A stretch of 55,611 bases of DNA. It comes from Catajapyx aquilonaris. Lineage: Eukaryota. The notes below the pieces were generated by a model. The model was given only the letters and a program-made list of their open reading frames with translations, had not been told where the DNA came from and ran no database searches. Position numbers and translations under genes: made by a program. This document shows, in pieces, positions 31,090 through 42,300 of the stretch. The stretch lies in contig KZ537970.1 of NCBI GenBank assembly GCA_000934665.2, positions 186,001-241,611 on the forward strand, given 5' to 3'. Each line of letters opens with the position of its first letter. Position 1 is the first letter of the stretch.

Positions 31090-34000
31090 CTTGGAACTAC
31101 CGTATCCCGCCGACTGATGGCAGGGATCGTATTGAGCAATCGGATCGACAATACGCGGCGTTCTATTGGCTCACGGCCTTACCCAATCACAGGGCTGGTT
31201 GCAGGAGCTGTCGGTCCGCGGCTGTCGAAGGCGGCGGCTCGAATGGATCTTCCCTGCACACTGCTCACATGTTTTTATCATTTTAAGAGCTGGTGTATGT
31301 GGCAATGTATGCTCTCAGTATCAGCCTTTGGACTTGGTCATTCACTTTAAGGGGGGATGTGGCCAGAACAGTGTGGCGTCATCGGATTATATTCTCGTGC
31401 GCCGCGTGCGGGGTGTAAAGGGCGTGGATCCGGATCTTGGTCTTTTTTTTTGCACACCTTGTTATCGCGCGATTGTTTTGTGCCAAAGTGACAGGAGGAT
31501 TACCTGCACACTTGCTAATAATTAGTGTCCTCATTTCTCTCTTGTCATACAGGAGTACACTTCACAAAAAATACTGATTTTACATAGAGCCTTTCAGCAT
31601 TTTCGGTGTAAGGTATACTTATTGGAGTTTATTTAGTAAATCACTCTGACTCACTCGTCAGTATGATCAAGCTATTGATGCATATGACCAGTACCTGTAT
31701 AACGTTAGTTTGGTTTCGTAACTTTACACCGGATTATCTTTCAGTACTCGATGTCACACTTGTTACTCTTCATATTGTACGGGGCAAATAATCCTGCTCT
31801 TGATATAAATTTGCATCAACAGATCAGTTTTCCTAAAATCATACACCACCCTGCTTGGTTGTTATAGGCTACTTTTAAGTATACACTCATAAATACATAC
31901 ACAATAAACATACGAAGGTAATGTTTTTTTTAGGTTGGTCAATGCTGAAGTTTATTCATGTTGCAAGTTATGCTTGCTCTATAGAGAATTCATTGTGATA
32001 ATTATATCACATGTATGTGTAGGTCAGTATCATTATACGTATAAAGTAACCATGTCACCTTATCCTTTCCTGAACACTGATTTATGTTTATAAATAGGAT
32101 AAGCAACAGCTATAATTTCGCTTTTTTTCTTGATAACTCCATGATTGAAAGTACGACTTAAACTGCTGTGCAGATTTTATTCGTCTGCTATATCATAACT
32201 GTGCTGGTTCTGCCTCATAATTCGGTAGCATCTCTAGTGCTTCCGGGTTATGTTCAATTATCCTCAGTCTTATTTACTTTCTGACAGAAAAACACTTTGG
32301 AGATATCCAACTGAGACTACTAACCTTTGCTCGCCTGCTGTGCATTGTATTTTATCAGGCTTTATATTTCTGGCTCTAGTTTTGTGGACTTTACACGTAC
32401 GGATCAGGAGACACCGCGATATCATACTTGTAAATATAAGGATAAGTATTTGCCAATTTTGCACAAAAAATTATCGTAAAAAATTCATAAACTAATAGAT
32501 AGGCATTTTCATATTGCTGTAACTACAGCCAGTGATCCGCAAGTGTTCTACATGCTCATTTGCACACTCTTTATGATAAGGTACAATAAATAATTGATTT
32601 AAGTTAGTTTTATGAAAGTGGATGCCTGGAGTATATAGCACACGAAAGTTATTTTTGACCGAATAAAACTGTTCATGACCACAATGGCACGCAAATAAAC
32701 CATCGATTAAAATTTATGAATGTCAGGGCCGGTTATATCATCAACTTTAATTGTAAGCAACTTATTCTGATTGCGTATTATGAATATTGCTAGGAATTGG
32801 CGATTTCTCCTTAATTTGAGTTCATACAACATCCAGACCTCAGTATCTAATCCGTGCCCGTACAGTACATAGCTACTAACAGTAAGTTATATAGCAACAG
32901 CGCAGTAAAATGTCACGCTATAATTATTTTCTCCTTTCACTTCGTATCTGGCACACTCTACCCTTGAAGGGGTGACTCAACTTGATTGGAATTGATGAGA
33001 ATTTTACAACAGCAAGGAATCATATGCGAGCCCGAAGGCCAAGTGACCTTTTAAATAACATATTTTTGTTTTCTACTTAGGCCCTATTGCAGATTTTCTG
33101 TTTGCAAGAAGAGATGCCATTCAACTGAACCTCATGCAAATAAGGCATCTGCACTTGCAGGTGGGTATGGATGTTGCGAAAAAAATGCTATATTTTTCGC
33201 TCTATATCTGCTTGCAGTTGTAAGTACCCACATATTTTATATTTTGAAATAATACAGTTGAAAAGAACGTGGTAAAATATGCAAAATTATAATATAAACA
33301 TTCCGGCAACACGAACAGGTTTATATACTTGTAATTTAGGCCATGTATAGCTAGGTCTAATAAAATATCACTTTAGTCACTATAATAATTATAACTCAAT
33401 AGAATAATGACGAATTATGTTTCCACACGTGTGGGGTCTTGAAATAGGATATAAAGTCATGTTATCTCTTTTTTAAGTTGGAAAAAGGACGTTTTGCATA
33501 TAAGGTCGTAATTCTCATCATGTGACAGATAAATGAAAGTGACCTACTCACATAATTGGGGTTCTTTCAACTATTACATTATTTTGCGATATTCTCTCTA
33601 TAACTGATAATTTCATCGTGCGGTTACACTTTTATTAAGATCATCATTAGCTAATATTATGCTATATCTGACCAAAAGTGATGAATTGATGATACTTTAA
33701 AAAAGTACTGTACAATCCGGTACAATCCCAAATGTTCTGGTTTATTTGTTTGAGTGGGAAGGAGACAAATCGAATATCTAGCTATTAGATAATACATAGG
33801 CGGGACAGACGGAGATAGAAACGAACAGGGAGAGAAGGCAGGCTGTCTGTCTCCTACCCAAGAAGACCTTTTCGTCTTTTCCTGTAAGATATCTTTCTCA
33901 CACACAGGCCTACACACTCTCGCGAGTGTAATCAATTCGCAAATCGTTCAGGAATCTTTGTAAGGTCTGATGAACAATGCAACTATACAGCATACGTATT

Positions 34001-35836
34001 ACATTAAGGACTTATATAGGTATACTCTCAGCACCAATAAAAACTACAGCCATTATAAAAATTACGCAGCATAAATATTATCACAAAGGCAAAATCCGCC
34101 ATGGCGGGATTTTGTCATTCGATAACATATCTCGTTTGTTCCACTTAGGTTTATGTCGCCCGACACCCACGAGTGTAGCTCGTAGCTTACATTTGTGCTA
34201 CTAAAATAACTGCGTGGGCGCTTGCAACAATAAACTGTTCAAAGCGGTTCAAAGGGAAGGATTTCTTTTGGCTGACTCAAGTAATTGGGGGGACTAGGGA
34301 ACACCCGTTTACATGTAGCCCTATACACTATTTATTTTTGACACCTGTACATGCAATCGAATGATCCAACACAAGAAGAGCCGAAATCCAGGAATATAAT
34401 TTGGGTGTTACTACTAGTTCAACCTAATGCAGCAGCCTGTGTGGCAAACTGGCCTAACCAACAGGTCATAACTGCTGGTAACTATACCTGTAACCTATAC
34501 ATAGCCATATGCATCTCACCGATATCAATGTAGTATATACGGCCATTTTCAATAATTTTTTTTGGCCTCTCTCACAAACAAATCAGAATGATATACTACC
34601 TTTATATCAACTCGACAAAAACTGCAAAGTTTCAGCCAAAAATACCTATTACACCTCAGACAGCATCCTTACTCTCATCAGTGATAGGGAAGTAGTACTA
34701 CTAACTTAGCAGTATCATTGCCAACACTGGTACTGCTATGTTAGCCGTAACTATCAGTGGGACGAAAAATCCACCCAATGATTTTAAACTTCAGATGATG
34801 ACATGTTCTTCTGAATATAAGTAATTACTGAAAATATGAATTACATTTTGGTAATGATTTCAGGGGAAAAATTAGTGTTAGGCACACTGGCACAGGTCAC
34901 TCAACACACCGCTTACTGATTATATTTTTTTCCTCACACAGAACTTTGTGTGTACTACTGTATGTACATTACCACATCTGCTCCTCACTTTCGGAGGTCC
35001 CCGCCGAGAACAATGCCTGCATTATATTAATGATAGTCGCGACCCAATCTGTCACAATGTACTTCCAAGGTCCGTATAAATGTCACATCATTATGCACAT
35101 CTGTTAAATATTTTCTAACTTTGCCATTGTAAGGACTGCAGGTGAGTATTTGGTAGCTCGACTAGTGTTTTGATTTACCAGCCTTGGCAGTAAGTGACTT
35201 ATCGCATGACAAGCACAGGCCAGCCACATTCACGCAAGGAAACGAATGCCAGTTAAGCAAGACAGAATATTGAACATCGTTCCTGCCACTTAACTATATG
35301 ACCGGAAATAATTTCTTAAATGCGCCTGTAAGCTGCAAATGTAACAAACTGCATTATTGAATGATTCAATACGTGACCGAAAAAATAGGATTTGTTCAAA
35401 ATATGTTTTCTGTATCCCGTCCATGTTTACGCCATTGTTACTTACAAAAACCCCAGTCACAACTTCAATGTTAGTCCTTTATTGCACAACAATTTGTATT
35501 CAAATGTATCAGACATTTGCACAGAAATAATGACTGGGGGGGGTAATTATAGTGGTTCATGACGTAAACAGATGTGGAAAGAGGTAGCTTTGATACATGG
35601 AAGTTTGCCAGCCAGTAGACAAACGTATGATGAGACGGAAAAGGTTCAACACTGTCCAAAATTATATGATGTAGCATGCGGTCGACACGTTGCGTCCAGT
35701 ACTTTTAGAAATTATGCAAATAATGCTCAGTGGAAATGACAAATCTTCCCGCCACGTCATTTGTAGTTCACATGTGACTCGTCAGGTGGCTGCACCTCTC
35801 GAGCATGGCTGCAACGAAGTCAAGCAATGGCATAAG

Positions 35837-37391
35837 ATGCTCCAGTTAATAGCTGGTCACAGCCTCAGGTATGTACCAAAGAGACAATTACTATAAGTCT
35901 AGAGAACATTTCAAAACAAGCTGATGTAGTGCAAGTCACTGTGCTCCACCAGACACACTTAGAGGTAGCAATATTGATCTCAACTTGCACAACCTGCAAT
36001 CAAGAAGTTGCTAAACTAATGGATTGCTTTTGTAATAAATTAATGTCATGAGCTGGACGTCCATGAGCTGCACAAATTGAACATCACATAGAGTAGTTTT
36101 ATATGACTGAAGATGGAATTGACCCTGGCAACCTACTTGGTAAAAAAAAATAACCTTTCAGTATTCACTAGATTTTGGACATAACTGCATGCAAACTTCT
36201 GTTACAAATCTGTTACTTTCCTCTTTACAGGCCAGTCTTGGGAAAGCAAGGTGCAAGAGTTGTTGTTGTAGACCTGAGCCAGAAACTGAGATCTAAAACC
36301 ATGGATCTATCAGGTATCATTTTCTACAACCATAGTTCCCAGACTTGTTTGATTTTGGATAGGGTGCACCAGGTTGGAACCATCCAGCACACATTTTGGC
36401 ATGCAAAATTTGAGATACATATGTTAGTTGTTTCAGCCTGCCTTGAGATTTTTTATCCAAATAGCCTGAATTTAGGGGTTCTGTCCTACATGTGGTGCAC
36501 ATGCATATCAGAAGTACTGCCATGTTCCAGTTCTCTTCCAGCCATGCGTAAACCATACAAGGATGATGAGGAAGCATTCACGGTAGAACAACTGGTAGCA
36601 AAGGAACCAATCGCACAGTTCACAGAGTGGTTCAAAAAGGCCTGCCAGACACCTGCGATTAAAGAAGCCAATGCCATGTGCCTAGCTACAGCTACCAAGT
36701 TAGTCATTTTCAAAATTGTGATATTCAAAATATATGACTGTTTGTCATTTCAGGGACGGTATTCCATCAGCACGTATGGTTCTCCTGAAAGGTTATGGGG
36801 CAGACGGGTTCAAATTCTTCACCAATTATGACAGCAGGAAAGGTCGTGAGCTTGCTGAGAACCCTAGAGCTGCACTAACCTTTTTTTGGGAACCTCTACA
36901 GAGACAAGTGTGCTAACTGAAAACAATAGCCTCCTGAAAGTGCCTCATTACTGATACATATTTTCAGATCAGAATTGAAGGACATGTAATAAAACTGACT
37001 TCAAAGGAATCACAAGAATACTTCCAGTCTCGTCCTAAGAGCAGCAAACTTGCAGCCAGTGCCAGTGACCAAAGCAAACCAATACGAAGCAGAGATGAGC
37101 TTGTGGAGAGATGCCAAAAACTGTCAGAAAAATATCCAGAAGAAGACATTCCCAAACCTGAAAATTGGTAAAATATTGGTCATGGTTTATTTGAGAAAAG
37201 GTCATTCAAACACTAATTATTTTTTTTCCAGGGGCGGTTTTATGGTCATTCCAAAATTGATTGAGTTTTGGCAGGGTCAAACAACTAGAATGCATGACCG
37301 GATTCAGTTTCGGAAAGTTGGAGAAGGAAAAATGGGTGAATTCACGCAACTGGGAGATGGAGGCTGGTGCTATGAAAGGTTGCAGCCATAA
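35837..37391 (+). CDS. PNPO: Pyridoxine/pyridoxamine 5'-phosphate oxidase
   Basis: Approximate exons 35837-35868, 36231-36313, 36542-36698, 36754-36907, 36968-37167, 37232-37391. Motifs [58 protein letters not shown] second in-frame ATG lies at 36301 (MDLS). Confidence 0.94.
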
Positions 37392-37461
37392 TTCCCTGCA
37401 TTCCACCTGCAGTCATTCCAAGCTGTCTTCCAAAAATAGATTTATTCTTCAATGTCTATTA

Positions 37462-39077
37462 TTAAATTGTCAAACTTCCATCTTGCTTTCGAGTTATTTT
37501 CAATATTTCTCTCCTGACACCTGCAAGAAATGAAAGTATTAAATTGCTGAAGCAAAGTATGGGTCCTATAATATTATCTTTACCTTGTTTATGTTCAAAA
37601 CAAACTGTGCAATCCAAACCTCCTCTCTTTTGAAGTACCTCTTGAAACTCATAGGTAGAACCTCCAACTCCGAAATAACACACTTTGGCAGCCAAATACC
37701 TATCAGGTGTTAAGGAAACTACATAACATTTTTATCAATCCATGGACATGCATTGGTCACATTATTTTGTTCTACGTGTCAGAGCAAAGGATACATAGTT
37801 CCCTCAGGCTTCAAGGCAAACTTAATTAGGTTCGCTATCTTCCAGTAAGTTTCCACATTGTAAATTGTCTCTGATGCCAAGATATAATCATATTTATGGG
37901 TATCTGCATCTTGAGAATACCTAAATGTGTGCAAAAGAGATGACCAATCTCCAGCATAGAAGGAACAGGAAGCTTTTGACTCAGGTGTCCCAACATTGAG
38001 ATTCACATTTGGTATGGTCACATACATAATTACTTCGGCATTCTGTGAAGGAAAGACATGTTTGTTCAGTACATCAATCATAAAAATTGCTACATGGGTA
38101 TGACGTGTCAAACAATTTCAACTTCAAGAAAATTATTATGCTGAATATAAACAATTGGCAATTTACATACAGCTTCATTACAGTAAATAAACTAATGTAG
38201 CATAAGAACAATTACATAGTCTTGGAAGTGGACGACGGCACCATTCAAAAGGGCGTAGAGTCCTGGAAGGCTTTGTCCACATCCTATTTCCAGGACCTTC
38301 TTTCCCTTCCATGGCAGCTTCAGTGAGTGAAGATACTTGACTAAATCATGTGCACATTCCCACACCTTAAATCCACCTGAAAGAAATGAGCAGACAAACT
38401 TACTGAAGCTCCAAATCCTTCTTTTCCAGGAAAGAAAATGCTGCATGTTAACTGACTTTCCATAATTCAAATGCACTACATCGAATCTTGATTAGTGTTG
38501 TTAAGCCGTACTCAAAAATGACTATTTAATACAACATTACTAATATCTCTGATCATGTCAGATTTTGTATTGTGAATACCTCAACGTAATCACGGATTTC
38601 CCCTGATTTGCTTCCTTTTACACAACCTGCCCGAAGTCTACCTTACAGTGTGATTTTTGTGTCATTAGGATCATCTACACAGCATCAAGAAAACCAAACC
38701 TGATTCCAATACTGGACCAGTACGTCCTACACCTCACGTCTGGTTTTGCCGATGCCGTGCAAATGTGACCCCACACCAACCACCCTTCCTGCTTCACCCT
38801 CATAAACTCCAGGCTTGACGTCCAGGTTATTCCTGATGGTGTCCATGATTTCTCCCTTGGCTCCTTCAAAAGTGTCCATCCAGTGCAGCACATGCTCAGG
38901 GTCCAAGTACTTTATCCGCATGTGGTCATCCACCTGCAATGTCAGCTGGTGCTTCTGAGCTGAAGGGAATCCCTCAGGCACGTCCTCATAACCTATCTGG
39001 AGCGCCGGAGGTGCCGCATCGGACTCAGACTCCTCGTCAGGGATCGGATCTTCGCTTCCGTAGCCAAACAGGGCCAT
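37462..39077 (-). CDS. METTL18: Histidine protein methyltransferase 1 homolog (METTL18/Hpm1)
   Basis: Exons 39077-38798, 38376-38216, 38042-37795, 37699-37584, 37520-37462. Motifs PGVYEGGFKVWEC, VLEIGCG, FQDYNAEVI, GDWS, YDYILASETIYN, AAKVCYFGVGG, GVRREIL. Confidence 0.93.
37700..37794 (-). other. U12-type (minor spliceosome) GT-AG intron in METTL18
   Basis: 5' site GTATCCTTT; branch site TTCCTTAAC about 10 nt before the AG, without a polypyrimidine tract. Confidence 0.9.
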
Positions 39078-39340
39078 ATTTTTAAAATAATTGACAAGGA
39101 GCAAGCTGCACGTGCCACAAGAATTTTTGAATATTATCCAACATGGCCGCCAATGGAAAACAAGGTTGAAAAAAAAAATTTCGTTGAAGTGCACCATAAT
39201 TGTTTTAAAATTATTTATTGTTAAATTTAAAACATTTGAGTATGGTTTTTGTACTAAATAAGAACCCGACCGAGCCCGACAGATGTCTCTCTTTTTCCCC
39301 GAACACACAAAAAAAAATTGGAAGTCCAAGATGGCGTACA
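39078..39340. promoter_or_regulatory. Bidirectional promoter between METTL18 and GTF3C4/ITFG1, with YY1-like motifs
   Basis: 253 bp separate the divergent ATGs (39077 and 39331). CAACATGGCCGCC at 39139-39151 and CAAGATGGCG overlapping the GTF3C4 ATG. Local CpG enrichment. Confidence 0.7.
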
Positions 39341-42300
39341 GAGAACTGCAATTTTTACCTATTCCGTCATACTTGGAGGAAAAGTCCGGCCTTCAATGGT
39401 CAGAAGACGACCGGGTCTCGCTCATCACGCAGAAGGGGATCTATATTTTTGTAAGTGACTAGAAGAAAAGGGGGATCTGAATTGGTTGTGGGAAGCAGGG
39501 GGGAGTTGACCGAACTTGACGGAACAACCCATGCGACGTGTTGTTGGGAAGGCGAAAATCGAAGGGTTTACACATCATTGCATAACCTGGGATTCAGGGT
39601 TCTGGAACTGGGAGTGTCAGGTCTGGCCAAATCCTAGTTCCGAGGCTTCACTTGGGATACAGAATTCTTGCACCTGGGATTTCAACAGATGGCTGGAAAA
39701 TAATGGCAGGGTAGCCTACTGCATATTTATGTATAACAATGAACAGTAATTCCTGGCTCTGTAGTGGTGTAGTGGTCAAGTGCTGTAGCGGAAAACTAGT
39801 GTTCACAACTGACCTCCAGGATTCACCAACACGGAACTCCCAGACCCAACACTTGGTATCCCAGTAATCCTAGTAACACGTGAACTAAGTAATAGTTGCA
39901 TAAGACGGAATTAATTGCTGTGAGCAAGCCTGAATGCCATTTTAGAGGAATAGAATATTCAGTGAAATGGTGCGTTGAAAAGTAGACTACTCAAAGGTAA
40001 TGTTTTAATTGGTGGAAATAATTGTGGGCAGGGGGGCAGAGTGTTGTGGTTTTAAAAATTCTAACAAGCTGATTAACAAGTGTTACGAATGGGAATCACA
40101 TACTCCTGGAAGTGTAAGCCCTTCAATTTCCACTTCCTGTTTCCAGGTACTTACCATGTCTTCTACAAAACCTGCTCTAACTGCTCTTCTGGTGCTGTCT
40201 GTGCTGCTGGCACCGTGCATGGGAAGTGTTTTCACAAAAGAAGTGTTCGGAAACATCCCCAGAGACATCTACCCATCAGCTTTTGGTGATTTTAATGCGG
40301 ACAAGCGAACAGACATGTTTGTAGTGTCAAAGGATGAGAGTACGGTGGAGGTGTTGTTGGCCAGTGATGCTCCACCCTTGTTGAATCGCCCCAACATCTC
40401 ATGCACCATGGAGAGTGGTAGGAAGATACATAATGTTGTACCAGGAGACTACGATGGTGATGGAGTAATGGATGTGTTGGTCGTCACATCACTCAAAAGT
40501 TCGGACAAGCTACTAGATGTGTTTGTTTTATGGGGGAACTTGGTTTCTCTGGAGTGTGTTGAAAAAAGTTCTATCACACTTACAGGGGAGCCACTGATAT
40601 TTGATTACAATGGGGATATGGTAGGAGATGTGTTTGGGCTCAATGCTGATGGAAAACGAAATTTCTGGACATTTGGACGGGATAGGAGCGCACCATCTGC
40701 CACTCCTATGGATGGAGAGCCTTTTCGTGTGCCGCACTCCAATGCTGCAATTGACATCGATGCTGACTTTGCCACTGAACTTGTTGTCACAAACCAAAAT
40801 GCTTTTGAAGTGTGGAAACGTAACAATGGAACATATGTGAAGGTTGAAACAATGCCATATGCAAACATTTCGAGCAAGGAAGAGCGTATAGTTGGCCAAT
40901 CAATATGGCTTGATCTGAAACTAAGTGGTAAAATGAGCCACCTGGTACCTATTTGCTACAAACCAGGGTGTGAGTCCAGTGCTCTGTATGTATATGAGTC
41001 GGGAAAATGGCGCCAACTAGATGTCTCATTTACTGATTCTAGCAAGAAAATTTGGACATTCAATATGGATGGGTTGGATCGATACTCTGCTGCAATTACA
41101 CTAAGAGCTGGCGATTACAACCTAGATGGCTATCCAGATTTGCTGGTGTCATTACGACCTCAAGGAAAGTCAAAGGAACGTCCGCAAGCATTCATACTTG
41201 AGAATGTACCATGTGTTGCACACACTTGTGAATACTCCCGCACCTTTCAAGTTAACTGGCATTATCTGCAACGCTTTACAGATAGCCCAATGTCAACTTT
41301 TTATGATATTGGTGATGATGGTCTGCTTGACATAATATTGATGCAGAATGGAGAGGTTGAAGCCTTTAAAAATGAGTTGAGCATTGATGCCACATTTGTT
41401 AAAGTAATGGTACTCTCTGGTGTCTGCTACTTAAATTGCAAGGGTAATGTTAGGATACCGTACGGAACCAACTTGGTCGGACCATATGTGTGCTATTCCA
41501 TAACTACCCAACAAGGTGATGATCAGAAGTCATGTGGGGGTCAGATGCCACAAAATGCACATCAGGCTTTGCAGTTACCGTATCAGATATTCGGGTTGGG
41601 ACGCACTCCAAACTTTGTGGACACTCTTGAGGTTGGGCTAGCTGCAGATGCCAAGCATGAGTGGACCCAGATCATACCCAACTCACAGGTGATCATCATT
41701 CCATACCCAATTGACAACCCCAGCAAGTGGCAGGCCAAACTCTTTTTGACCCCAAGCAAGTCAGTGTTCATGACATTTGTGGCCCTGGTTGGAACCTGCA
41801 TCCTGGTGATGTTGATTATTGGAGTGTTGCACTGGAGGGAGAAGGTCGAGGACAAGAAGGAGAAGCTCCAGGAGGCACACCGTTTCCATTTTGATGCCTT
41901 GTAAAAGTTGTTCAGAGGAAAATCATGTTGCATTTTGTAAATTAATTCTAGTCATTGTTACTTCATTTTTGTATATACCAGATGTCACAATAAAATGTTT
42001 TTGATAAAGATGTGACAATGTAAATTGATTAATTTTTGCCTAAAAGTGTAGCCAGATCTGCTAAATGATAATGTGTGTAGTCATGCATGAAGTTAAGCAG
42101 CAGTGGTACTATGCCTTGCTGCATTTTGTAGTTGCAAATTTGGACACCTTGATGTTGTGGCTTGTGCCAAAGAGTGAAATATTTTTACGGTGTAAATATG
42201 TGAGTGGATCAAGTAATTATGTAAGAAGAACCAACAACAAAAATTCATAACATTGATGCAATTTACTAATTTTTGAAGATAATAATATGAAAGCTATTAG

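Noticed and set aside
36175..36831. 218-aa ORF as a single-exon protein
   Set aside because: It is read-through of PNPO exons and introns; splice sites explain the conserved parts.
38727..39329. 200-aa ORF with a long N-terminus
   Set aside because: The upstream part spans the bidirectional promoter from a TTG start. The METTL18-like sequence begins at ATG 39077.
39755..39830. tRNA-like A box (GTGGTGTAGTGGTCAAG) upstream of ITFG1
   Set aside because: No B box or cloverleaf; at most a SINE scrap.
40009..40155. N-terminal extension of the 631-aa ORF (MVEIIVGRG...)
   Set aside because: It starts at TTG and lies in intron sequence upstream of the acceptor at 40146. The signal peptide begins at ATG 40156.
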